Assembly (NCBI GenBank): GCA_964016885.1
Contig: OZ024741.1
Coordinates: forward strand, 326,430,001 to 326,494,000
DNA from: Eledone cirrhosa
Taxonomy: Eukaryota
DNA: 64,000 nt
Direction of reading: 5' to 3'
Shown: positions 52,501 through 64,000 of the stretch, piece after piece
Numbering within the stretch: position 1 is the stretch's first letter
Layout of the letters: every line of letters begins with the position of its first letter
Notes under the pieces: model-generated
Seen by the model: the letters and a program-made list of their open reading frames with translations, nothing else
Told to the model about the DNA's origin: nothing
Database searches by the model: none
Position numbers and translations under genes: made by a program

Positions 52501-54069
52501 CGTTAGGCCTTGTCATGAATCGGTATGAGTATAAAGCCATGCATGAAACAGTTTTAGATGTCGCAGCAGTTGGCTCGTTTGGTTGGCGCTGAGGAATGCT
52601 GAAATGGTACACGTCTTCTCCGTATGCAAAAAGAAGGGGATACTGCAGGGCGTCGTATGAACGATGCGTCTCATTAATACGTCGAAGACCACTGTCACGA
52701 CTTTGAAGAACTATGTCTCGCTTATTGTGCTGTTCACCATGGATAACTACGGCCACTTCATTGCACGAAGGAGAGTTATAACGGCTCCCAGAAGGTCTTT
52801 TCTCAGCATCGATGACAATGGTGAAGTTTGGTGAAGGATTTGTTTCCAATGCGTATTTGAAACTGCGAATAAAACTGTTGTGCTCATGAAGCATGTTTTG
52901 AAGACCGAACAACATGTCCCTTTCAAAAGTGTCAGCGTCAGTGTTTGCAGGTGTTGGAATAACGCCGAACAGCGTATCAACTTGCCTACTGCAGTAAGAA
53001 ATGAAGTAAATTTGAAGGAACGAAGGCTTGCAATTTTGTAGTGGCTGAAGCGACCCAATAAGATGGTACACCTGCCCCTGGATGGTTAAAGTAGGCATCC
53101 AACCACTTTATCTGACAACGTTAGCCCCGAAAGAAATCATTTGAAACATTCCTGATGAGTTGAAGGAATTTGGATGACCTTGAGGTAGAACCAGTAAGTA
53201 GTTCCTTCAAAGCCTCTGGCACTTCCCCAAGAGGGGACAAGATGACCTTACCGTTTAAGCAGCACATTGCAGGTGGCTCCCCGCCCACTTTTTAGCATTG
53301 CAGAGTTTGCAATTGAAGCGCATTTCCCCTATATTTATGTCGGTACACATCGAGTAGTTAACGTTGTGCTCATACTTGAAAGCCCGTATGTGCGAGTATG
53401 GGCTGTCGTTGCTCGTCACACGAAGGGCAGCTTCTCGTCGACGACTGTTCCGCTCCAACGTAGAATTTTGCTCCTGCAGCAGTAGCAGAGTCACCTTTGC
53501 AATCCTAATGGAGCGCCCGTCTGCATCTTGAGAAGTCTTGGAAGCAGTCATAGCCGCAGCGTTCCTAGCAAGGCGATTTGTCCGCCGTTCCAAACCTTCC
53601 GAAGCCCTGGAAGCACCAGTAGCCGCAGCGTTTCTATTCAGTCGAGCCGCCCTTTGTTCTGGGTCCGCTGAAGCCCTGGAAGCTGCAGTAGCAGCAGCGT
53701 TTCTATTCAGGCGAGTCGACCATTTTTGCGGGCACTCTGAAGCCCTGGAAGCAGCAGTAGCAGCAGCGTGTCTAGCCAGGCGAGTCGACCTTTGTTCCAG
53801 ACCCTCTGAGGCCCTGGAAGCAGCAGTAGAAGCGTTCTTTTTTTAATGACGTATCGCCCGCTCTGAATCGCACATCCCAGCACGTCTGGAGGCGTCGTAT
53901 GAAGCCATCGTGTGGTGCGTTGTTGAAAACTTTTAGCAGCTCTGCATTCCGCTGAACGTAAGGCGCTGTGTGAAAGTCTTAAAGCAGTTTCCTCGTTTGC
54001 TGTAATCGCCCTCTGCGCCGCCGCTGACGCGGTATGGCGACCGAGGCGACTTCTCTTTTTAGGTGGCAT
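49571..54069 (-). pseudogene. Helitron Rep/Helicase (HUH endonuclease + Pif1 helicase), frameshifted
   Basis: GRPDLFITFTCNPKW, EWQKRWFPNAH and KYICKYVNKG (Rep). IVWDECTM, GDFRQTLPV, LKVGAPIMLIRNL, CNGTRL and GQLYVGCSR (Pif1). Confidence 0.95.
53532..53840 (-). repeat. 69-bp (23-codon) coding tandem repeat, ~4.5 copies
   Basis: gaagccctggaagc recurs at 53601, 53670, 53739 and 53808, with a diverged copy at 53532. Minus-strand peptide is approximately RLARNAAATAASRASEGLEQRST. Confidence 0.85.
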
Positions 54070-54753
54070 TTTATGTGAAAAAGAAAGGGTGAAAGTTACT
54101 TCTACAGCAAAATTGCCTTTGAAAGTATAAGGCTGAAAACTGTCAGCGTTCCGCAGGGGAAAACATGGGAGAACGAACGGCAAATAAATAACTCACAGTT
54201 TGTTGAAAGCGCGCTTCTCTCAGCAATTTGAAGTTGTTTGGGCAAAATTCCCTATGTGGTTTTTTTTTTCACTCAATAAACGTCTAAATATGTTATACAC
54301 AAAATGTAATTGTGTGTGAGTTGGATGATAGATCTTATAAAAAAAGATTTGTCGCTATTTTTCTAGTTGTCGAATAAATTTATCTGTTGCTTTTGAATAA
54401 TTGTAGTTTGGTATAAAATGTAAGCGTCATGTATTTAACGTTTGTCTCTGTCTCTCACTCTCTGGCTCACTCCTTTATTTTTTTTCTCTCTCTCTAAAGG
54501 AAATTAGTAAGGAGTGAGTTTATAAGCGTATATAAGAGAAGGTTGCACATATATATATATATTTTTCGATTTTTGAGGAGAGTAGAGAGAGGTATTCAGA
54601 TTCTATTAGAGGGGTAAAGCGTCATGTATTTAGTTTTATAGATTATTTCCGTGAAATAAATAGTCGTTGACCTTACTAAGACCATTTACAACATTATTAC
54701 AAATGTTTAGTCGAATCGGTTTGAAATTGTGCAAATGTATAAACATGGAACAT

Positions 54754-54831
<78 letters not shown>

Positions 54832-54867
54832 CAACAACAACAACAACAATCTGCCTTTTATAGATAA

Positions 54868-54955
<88 letters not shown>

Positions 54956-55929
54956 ATGTTATGTGTGCGTCATCATTTCTCTTTCACATTTACTGCTTGT
55001 TCATGTTTCGTAACTTCGCGTTTCAATAAAAGTAAATGAATAAATAAAAATAAGATTGATAAAATAAATACCAGCCTTTAAAAATGTAAGTACCGCGTTC
55101 TATACATTCAACTACAAATCTCTTTAATATGGCTGCAGTCTAATGGCTGAAACCACTAAAAGATATGAAAAATAAATGCTTAAAGAATACAAAAATACAT
55201 GTACAAAGTTCTCCACTAAATCAGAAGATATTGTTATTCAAGTGGAGAAGTGCCTGCAGCAATTGCAATGTAATCTTCTCTAATAGCAAGCTAATTACTT
55301 TTTAATCTTTAAAATGTGACGAGAGAATGATCACGGAGAAAGCCATAAAAATTAAGAAATCTGAAAAAAAGAAAATTATACGAGAAAAATAATCACTAAA
55401 AGGTTGAGTAGCAGTCAATAAATAAATGTATAATTATATAGCATGCTTTGAATGACTGGCAACTTTATATGCCTGTTGCTTTCGAGACATCCAGTGTCAT
55501 CATTCCCTGAAGTGCTGCTTTTTATCGCAAAATCGGAAGAAGGGCATCTTTCCTGAAGAAGAAACCTCGTGGGGCGAAAGAGCTTCTACAGCAGGTATTG
55601 CAGGTTGTTTTACAGCTATAGTGTGAGGCGCAATGTTTGATGTAGTGGGAAAGTATGGCTGTTCACATACCCCCCCCCCCACACACACACACAAGAGCGC
55701 AGTTTTTGTCACTCACAATTTTCTTTCTTTTTCCCTCTTTTCCCCAAACCTGATCCTATTTCGTTTCTTCATGCTTGTAAATATATGCAACTGAATACGA
55801 TATTTGGACTGAATAGAATATCTTTCAATCATATACTAATAGAGAATTATCCTTGAAAATCATCTCCTTTCACATGAGCAGCATTTAAATGTAGGAAGAT
55901 ATATGATTCTATTAAAACTGAACACTTCA

Positions 55930-56580
55930 CTCTACACATACGTAGAGTCCAGTGAAGTAAGTGGAGCATTTTAAGTATCTCAGTGCTATGTTCTCGAGTG
56001 ATGGAAGACACGCGACTGAATTAAGTTCAAGAAGTGCAGGGGCTGTTACAGTAATGCACCTAATTCAGGATTCGCTAATCAGAAGAAAGCGAGTAGGTGT
56101 AAAAGACAAACTCACTATTTTCAATTCAGTGTTCGTGACAACCCTTACCTAAGTCATAGATCTTGGGCAATGATCGAATGAATATGATCGCGAATACAAG
56201 AGGCCGAAGTAGCGTTCCTCCGAAGGGTCGTTGCGTAACTTAGGATTCAGAGATCCACGCCAGGGAGATCCAATACTTCTCTGAATTGAGATATCACAGC
56301 TCCAATATCATAAGTGAGCTCGGTTAGACTCACTTGGGGATACAATAGGATTAATTGGAGATGGTTGGTTCTGACAGGCCACGCTGGAAGGGGTACGTGA
56401 GGACTCTGCCGCAAGGACACTCTCAGGAATAAGTGGGTGGAGATAATATCATCCATTAGCTCGGCTGGTCTCTCTTGGGAATCCAGCCAAATAGATGTAT
56501 ATGTTTATGTAGTAAAATATTTTCAACGGTAACTTCAAACTCACCCAAGCGCCTAAAGACTAGGTCACAAGTCTGATCGC
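55930..56580 (+). mobile_element. Decayed 3' fragment of an RTE-clade LINE
   Basis: VEHFKYLSAMFSSDG...KLTIFNSVFV.TLT.G..SW...RIQEAEVAFLRRV, typical of the post-RT region of RTE/Expander elements. Confidence 0.75.
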
Positions 56581-56664
56581 TCTTACAATCTGGGGAGATC
56601 GTCAAATGTGGAGCTTGAAATCTTAGGTAGCGACTTTGTTCCCTGTATGAACATAAATAAATAA

Positions 56665-56697
<33 letters not shown>

Positions 56698-56747
56698 GTA
56701 TTATATATATGTATATATATGTACATACACACACACACATATATATA

Positions 56748-56832
56748 TGAAACAATTGTTAATACTGTAAATAAAACCCTTTTTGTACTGTTGACCACGT
56801 TATTCTTCACTCTTTCACTATATATATGTATA

Positions 56833-56905
<73 letters not shown>

Positions 56906-57915
56906 ATACACAAAGGGTTTTATTTACAGTATTAACAATTGTTTCATTGATTAAGTTTTCTAAAAATGTCTAATCACTTGAAGTTGTGTCACTCAATTTT
57001 AAATACAATGCATGCTTAACCAAATCATCACAAAGATTTTCTGTAGTCATCAAGCAGCTACTAAATTCGTTAATTTCAAACCAACTTGATTCGACCCAAC
57101 AATTCCATAATTCAAATTGTTTCAACTGTCAATAAATCAACTAATCAATGAATCAACATCATAACCTCCTAACCTTTCTCTCTTTCATTCTCTTTCTCTA
57201 AATATATTTCACCTCTTGCATTATATCCTATCGTATTCTCTTCACTTCTAACATAACTTCCAATTTATTAATTTATTAATTTAACCAATACATATATTTA
57301 TATATTTAATATTTTCATGTTTATACCATCACATCTTTATATTTTAACCAACAACACCACAACTATTTTCAACATTCATATTATAGTTACTTTTCTTCAC
57401 ATATATATTTATTTTATTTTTATTTATTTTTTATCATCTTCCTTATAACTTATTTATTATTATCTATTTATTATTCTTTCTTTTGTTCTTTTTCTTTTCT
57501 TTTCCTCTATTTTTATCTTTTTTCTTCTTTCTTTTTCTCTCAATATTTTTCTATTTTTCTTTTTCTTTCTTTATTACTGATGTCATTTGAATTTCCCTAA
57601 TATATTACAAACGCCGTGTATAATTTTATACAGTTTTTCTGATGATTTGGTTAAGCATGCATTGTATTTAAAATTGAGTGACACAACTTCAAGTGATTAG
57701 CAATTTTTAGACAACTTAATCAATGAAATACTGTAAATACCTTTTTGTACTGTTGAACCTGTTATTCTTCACTCTTTTACTATTATTACTCCAAGGAAAC
57801 CTCTTGTTGAGTCAAACGACACCGTACGCTAAAGCTATCAACAATACGGAGTATTTACAACCTCTAACTGGATTACCTATAACGATAATTTGTATTCCCA
57901 TAAATAATTTGTTAT

Positions 57916-57920
<5 letters not shown>
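56748..57920. repeat. Inverted/partial copies of the HHR-bearing pseudo-LTR family also found at 48285-48620
   Basis: 56913-57030 (-) mirrors 57638-57750 (+). CTGATGA-tttggttaag...cttaatcaat-GAAA is present, but each copy is damaged. Confidence 0.75.
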
Positions 57921-57951
<31 letters not shown>

Positions 57952-57957
<6 letters not shown>

Positions 57958-58015
57958 AGATTTGAATGGATACAGTTTAGTTGAAAACTAAACTGTATCC
58001 ATTCAAATCTTTCTA
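57952..58015. repeat. Perfect ~30-bp-arm hairpin
   Basis: atagaaagatttgaatggatacagtttagtt-gaa-aactaaactgtatccattcaaatctttctat. Confidence 0.9.
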
Positions 58016-58297
58016 TTTTTCTCCGGATTACTTTTGGAACTACAACTGGAACCGTCGAGCAAACTCTACGTGAGCTGATAATCTACTGTGTGTAATATTT
58101 ATATTACAACACAACGGAAAATACTGTATATATATATATATATATATATTAGAAAGTGAGGTTTGTTTTTACAAAATGAAAAATAACCGAGGTGTCCTAC
58201 ACGAGTGAAAGTATAAAGATAAAGAGATGAAATCGAAAATGCAACTGGAGTCTTATTTTTTTAAAAAGGTGAGTTGAGATGGAGGGCCTGTGGTTTT

Positions 58298-58418
<121 letters not shown>

Positions 58419-59410
58419 TAAGATCGAGTATCGAAAAATCGGCGCACGAGTTCACGATAAACAATATTCGAAATGAGCGGCAGAGGGCTCAATGATTCAG
58501 ATGAATCAGAGCTATAACTATCGTTAAAATACCGTCACACATAGAACAAGTCTAAAATCAACCATACGATAAAAAATCGATAATAGAAGATTCGGGACAA
58601 TCAGATAAAAAATATCAATAAAACAATACATCAATAATTTAAATGAATTTAAAATCATACCCGGACCCACTAGAAAGGTGTTAAATCTAGCTTCTTGGGT
58701 TTCTGTAAATCCTTAGACTGTACTCTATCAGCTCACATATAAATATATAAGACTTCTAGAGCAAGCGGAATGGAAGTTTACTTCATCAACGAGCTTTTTC
58801 CTAGCGGATAAGAGGCTAACTACAAGCGAAATACGCACATGGAATCCGGCAAGGGAGATAACCTATACATCCGCGAAAACTATTCGAGGAAATGTGGAAA
58901 TACACATATCGAATAAGAGTGCTCAATAGACATGTTAAAATAAAACAGGAGCTATTCATCACTCAATAGAATCGACAAAAAATGAGCAATAAAATTAACT
59001 GGTGGATAGCTATGTCCAGAGCTAAAAATATTAGAAAGATCGAGTATCGAAAAATCGGCGCACGAGTTCACGATAAACAATATTCGAAATGAGCGGCAGA
59101 GGGCTCAATAATTCAGATGAATCAGAGCTATAACTATCGTTAAAATACCGTCACACATAGAACAAGTCTAAAATCAACCATACGATAAAAAATCGATAAT
59201 AGAAGATTCGGGACAATCAGATAAAAAATATCAATAAAACAATACATCAATAATTTAAATGAATTTAAAATCATACCCGGACCCACTAGAAAGGTGTTAA
59301 ATCTAGCTTCTTGGGTTTCTGTAAATCCTTAGACTGTACTCTATCAGCTCACATATAAATATATAAGACTTCTAGAGCAAGCGGAATGGAAGTTTACTTC
59401 ATCAACGAGC

Positions 59411-59415
<5 letters not shown>
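58419..59415. repeat. Near-identical direct duplication, period ~616 bp (1.6 copies) between (TA)n tracts
   Basis: agatcgagtatcgaaaaatcggcgcacgag... to ...caacgagcttttt occurs at ~58421-58798 and ~59037-59414. Confidence 0.9.
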
Positions 59416-59460
<45 letters not shown>

Positions 59461-59489
59461 AATAGAGTATATAAACAAACATAGCCATC

Positions 59490-59670
59490 CATTGGCAGTA
59501 TCAGTAGAGGGTCGGACGCCATGCTTTCCAGCATAGTTACGTCCCTTTACGATCTGAGTTCAAATCCCGCCGAGGTTGACTTTGCCTTTCATCCTTACGG
59601 GGTCGATAAAATAAAGTACCAGTAATACACTGGATAATTGCTGGTTTTGTGCCTAAAGTAGAAACCATTA
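59490..59670 (+). mobile_element. tRNA-derived SINE with a Meta-like domain
   Basis: ttggcagtatcagtaga...ctgagttcaaatcccgccgaggttgactttgcctttcatccttacggggtcgataaaataaagtaccag. Confidence 0.78.
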
Positions 59671-59853
59671 TTTATAATTGTACTTCTGATTACACTGTTT
59701 ACAGGAAATAAATCTAACGAAGTATCGAAAGCGGGTTTTCAGACTCTGTATGTCATACCCCATATTTAACAATGCACAATGTTATTTATTACCATTTGAA
59801 AGTTTATTTGAAACTCCCTATATATATATTTATATATATATATATTTACATAC

Positions 59854-59913
<60 letters not shown>

Positions 59914-60245
59914 CATATGTGTGCGTGCGTGTGTGTGTGTTTATGTGTAAGGGTGTAAGGGTGTATGCGTGTGTGCGTGTGTTTGTCGGTACCCCATCTG
60001 GTGATTATTATTCATCGGTGAATCGACTAGAAAGTATGTGCATCTGTCCTCGAGTTATACGTTAACAATTTGAATTGAAAAATATTTTTTGCGTTGAAAC
60101 ATTTATAAAGTTATATACATATTATACATATATATAAGTGCATATCTATCTATCTATCTATCTATCAATATAGATTATATATAAGTATATTCACATATAT
60201 AGAAACACACACACACACACAAACACACACATACACACACACACT

Positions 60246-60301
<56 letters not shown>

Positions 60302-60592
60302 ACGCAAACATGCATATCCTCACTCAGACATATATATATATATGTATGTGCGTGTGTGTGTGTGTGTGTTCGTGTTTGTGTGTGTGTGTGTGTCTGACTG
60401 TCCGGTTGTGTATGTGTGTGTTACTGTGCATAGGTGTCTGTTATATTTGTTAAACATTGCTACTTTTCAAAATACATTTATTTCCAACAATGTTTTAAAG
60501 AGAATAGTTTTGAAATTCGATTTAAGAGTTTTTTCATTGAACTGAATTATGTGAAGCAACGTCTGCACAGATGAGCTCCACGTATTATTAAA

Positions 60593-60644
<52 letters not shown>

Positions 60645-60941
60645 CCTTTAGTTTCCTTCTCATTGATTCATATATATATATTTTAAGGTTTCTGTTTAAT
60701 TTCAAACAATAGAATAATTTTACAAAAAGAGAAAAAAAAAAAAAGAAATTGATTCTGAAGATGTGAATAATTTTTAGGCAATAGAAGGATTGCAATGAGT
60801 GCATTTCTGCATTTAGTTCCGAGCGGAAATCCATAAGTGCGGTATGTATATAATGCGCTGTATTTTATTTTATTCTAGCTTTTCCCTATCTTGCCCTGAA
60901 ACGCACGCACTACAAAAAATAAGAAAACCCTCACTATATGT

Positions 60942-61056
<115 letters not shown>

Positions 61057-61614
61057 TTCTGTAGAAAGGGTAAAGAAAGGGAGAGTGCTCTACGTATACT
61101 ACAGAGCTACTTGATTACGTAATATTTATATATATATATATTAAGAAACGAAAGGAGCTGTGTGGATACTAAAAACAAGGTTTAGGATGGTGGTTTGGAC
61201 GGAACAAGAGGAGAAAAGAAGAAGAAATCCTTCGTCAGTTGTAAAACCGCGATCCAGATGTTTCGGCGCTTATTTACAGAACATCTGTAGCGATCGGCGG
61301 TGAGCCCGAGGCCTTTTTTTAATCAAAAGGCCAGGAGGAAAAGAAGAGAAAAAGGAGAGAAAAAGGAAGGAAAAAGAAGGAAAAGAGGAAGAAGAACAAA
61401 GGGGGAAAGGTGGTGAGGAGAGAAGAAGAAAGAGAAAAAGGAAAAAAAAGGAGAAAAAAACAGGTGAACAGATCCCATCCTGGGGAGACACAGGACAAAG
61501 GAACAGGCAAATGAGTAACCGTGAAAAAATAGGAAAGTACGTTATAGGAAACCTGGTAGACTTAAGCCTGGTAGGATGTACAGAAGATGGTATTAGCGTG
61601 TCGCCTCTATATCG

Positions 61615-61645
<31 letters not shown>

Positions 61646-62724
61646 AGGGAGAGAGAGAGAGTCTTCAGTACTGAGATCGGAGAGACGCCCTCCCCCACAT
61701 CCACGATACCAATCATGCCCTTAAACTCTTTAATTCCTTTTCTTTCCCTCAAGGCCCTCTCGCCTTCTCTTTCATCTGGACGTCACCTCTCTCTCTCTGT
61801 ACAGTCATCACTCATGATGACGGCCGCCGCGCGGTCTGCGACACTGTTTAGACTTACGCCCTATCCCTTACTCCAACACTCTTCTCCGTCTGGCTGAGCT
61901 TGTTTTGACCCTCAATGGGTTTTCCTTTTCCTGTGAATTCTATCTACTCTTACAGCTAATAGAGACCACAAAATTCGCACACTCCACTTTTCCCTTCACA
62001 GCTATGTACACACACACACATACACACACTTATATTAACATACTTTTGCTCATGGCTTCGTACATACAAGCCCAGACTATTTTACTTATATATACACACA
62101 CATATCTGAGCTTCGTACAGACGTATAATAACACACACACACGTGCGCCCGCGCGCGCAAATGCACGCGCACAAATATAGCTCTTTATACACAAACGTTT
62201 TTTTTTCCATTTCAGGTAGATGCGCTCCATCATCCACTATTCTAAATATAAATCATACACAAAACCCCAGCATCAACTGTTTCCAACAGTTGTCAACATA
62301 AATTTTTTTTACCAATTCTACCCCACCCGTCCCTTCAATTCTTCTAATTTCTCATTCTTTCTTCTATTGAAGGACTAGCGTCCGAAACGATAAAACCCTC
62401 TTCCTGCTATTTCAAGCGTTAACTAATATATTTCTTCCATATACTGTACCGATTGTTTGCCTTTTGCACACACACCCGAAATGTTCATAAACCGAAATTA
62501 TTTCCCCATACTAGAGAAATACTGTGGGAGAGATACTGCCTCATTTAATATATATAACCCCCTCACTTTTAATCTCAAATTTTGAATCGTTTTCTCCCTC
62601 TTTCTCCCACTCTCCGTTCGATTTGTGGTTATATCTTAACCCCACACCAGAAAAAAAAAATTATTATGCAATTAGTATCCAGCTGTTACGGCTACCTTTC
62701 GTTCCGAGAATACTCCAATTTTAC

Positions 62725-62803
<79 letters not shown>

Positions 62804-63051
62804 TGCATTCAAAGTTATGTCAAGTTTGAGATAATTTAGAACATGCGACTTGTCCCCCAAAATAAGCTCAAGGGACATTTACAAAATAAATCCGAGCATT
62901 TAATCATTACAAAACACTGTATGACATATATGCACACATATATATGTAATGATATAAATGTACAATGGAACATATCAAACTTTAACAGGAAACAATGTGT
63001 ATAGAATGTAAGAACATAGTTCATTACAGTATCACATTCAAATTTAACAAA

Positions 63052-63271
63052 AATTTTAAATATTGATGCCTGATAAAAATTATATATATTTCCCTCATAT
63101 ATATCCTTCATAAATCATGAATATATTTCACCAAATATCGGCGCAGTTAGATAATCGATCTGGATCTTCAGTGAGGCTATCGATCTATTTAAACTTACAC
63201 CCGTTAACTGAAAACGACGAAAGAAGCATATGGTATTATAAAAAAAACATATGCACATGGTCGCCACTGTA

Positions 63272-63342
<71 letters not shown>

Positions 63343-63466
63343 GTTATACATATATATGTTTTTGCATGTCAGTTAGATTCAAACTTACAATGATTGGCAT
63401 TATATATAATGCCAATCATTGTAAGTTTGAATCTAACTGACATGCAAAAACATATATATGTATAAC

Positions 63467-63561
<95 letters not shown>

Positions 63562-63782
63562 TACAGTGGCGACCATGTGCATCTGTTTTTTTTATAATAC
63601 CATATGCTTCTTTCGTCGTTTTCAGTTAACGAATGTAAGTTTAAATAGATCGATAGCCTCACTGAAGATCCAGATCGATTATCTAACTGCGCCGATATTT
63701 GGTGAAATATATTCATGATTTGTGAAGGATATATATGAGGGAAATATATATATAATTTTTATCAGGCATCAATATTTAAAAT
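63052..63782. repeat. ~730-bp spacerless palindrome with an HHR-like core in each arm
   Basis: Centre tgattggcattatatataatgccaatca (~63405). The arms mirror each other, including the (CT)n(TA)n tracts. CTGAAGA-tccaga...tttggt-GAAA-TATA-TT lies at 63662-63713. Confidence 0.9.
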
Positions 63783-64000
63783 CATAGTAGATTCAAATAT
63801 CATAGAGAGTAAGAGAGAGAGGGGGCGGGGGAGAAATGAGGTGCAAAAGAAATGAAACATGGATTACAGGTTACTATATAGTATAGATATATGATAAACA
63901 AAACGAGTTTTTCGAACACCCAAATGATTTAGAAGTTCAACTTATGTAGGAGCAATAACACTAAGAAAGACATGAACGACACCATATAAACTTGTTTTGA

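Larger units (their letters stand above)
48754..54870 (-). mobile_element. Full-length Helitron
   Basis: Minus strand 5' end A|TCATTATCTATAAAAGG (54870). 3' hairpin cccgagc-aac-gccggg followed by CTAG|T (48754). Inserted in AT microsatellite. Confidence 0.9.

Noticed and set aside
61225-62395. Further HHR-like fragments (~61235-61290, ~61815-61850, ~62368-62395)
   Set aside because: Cores are incomplete or stems inconsistent.

Overview
Repeat-dense, AT-rich animal DNA with (TA)n/(CA)n/(GA)n microsatellites and tRNA-derived SINEs. The SINE types and microsatellite load suggest an octopod cephalopod (inference). No host protein-coding gene can be supported. Main contents: (1) A ~13.5-kb decayed endogenous Polinton/Maverick (adintovirus-type) virus at ~34586-48100. 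It has an AGTAGT terminus, integrase-chromodomain, Zn-ribbon/PLA2, packaging ATPase, penton, core-like proteins, a dUTPase-like derivative, a gasdermin-X-like membrane protein, major capsid, protein-primed PolB, adenain and a fibre-like stub; its right end is lost. (2) A full-length but frameshifted Helitron at 48754-54870. (3) Four Penelope-like retroelements (PLEs) plus CRE-, R4- and RTE-like LINE fragments. (4) Invisible to the ORF track, about ten different families of type-I hammerhead ribozymes, found by eye. Two of these sit in non-coding tandem/inverted arrays (~445-bp monomer at 9.4-12.0 kb; ~540-bp monomer at 31.7-33.3 kb) that look like retrozymes, i.e. non-autonomous PLE-mobilised elements able to give circular RNA. 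All calls come from manual motif reading and base-pairing; no database search was run.
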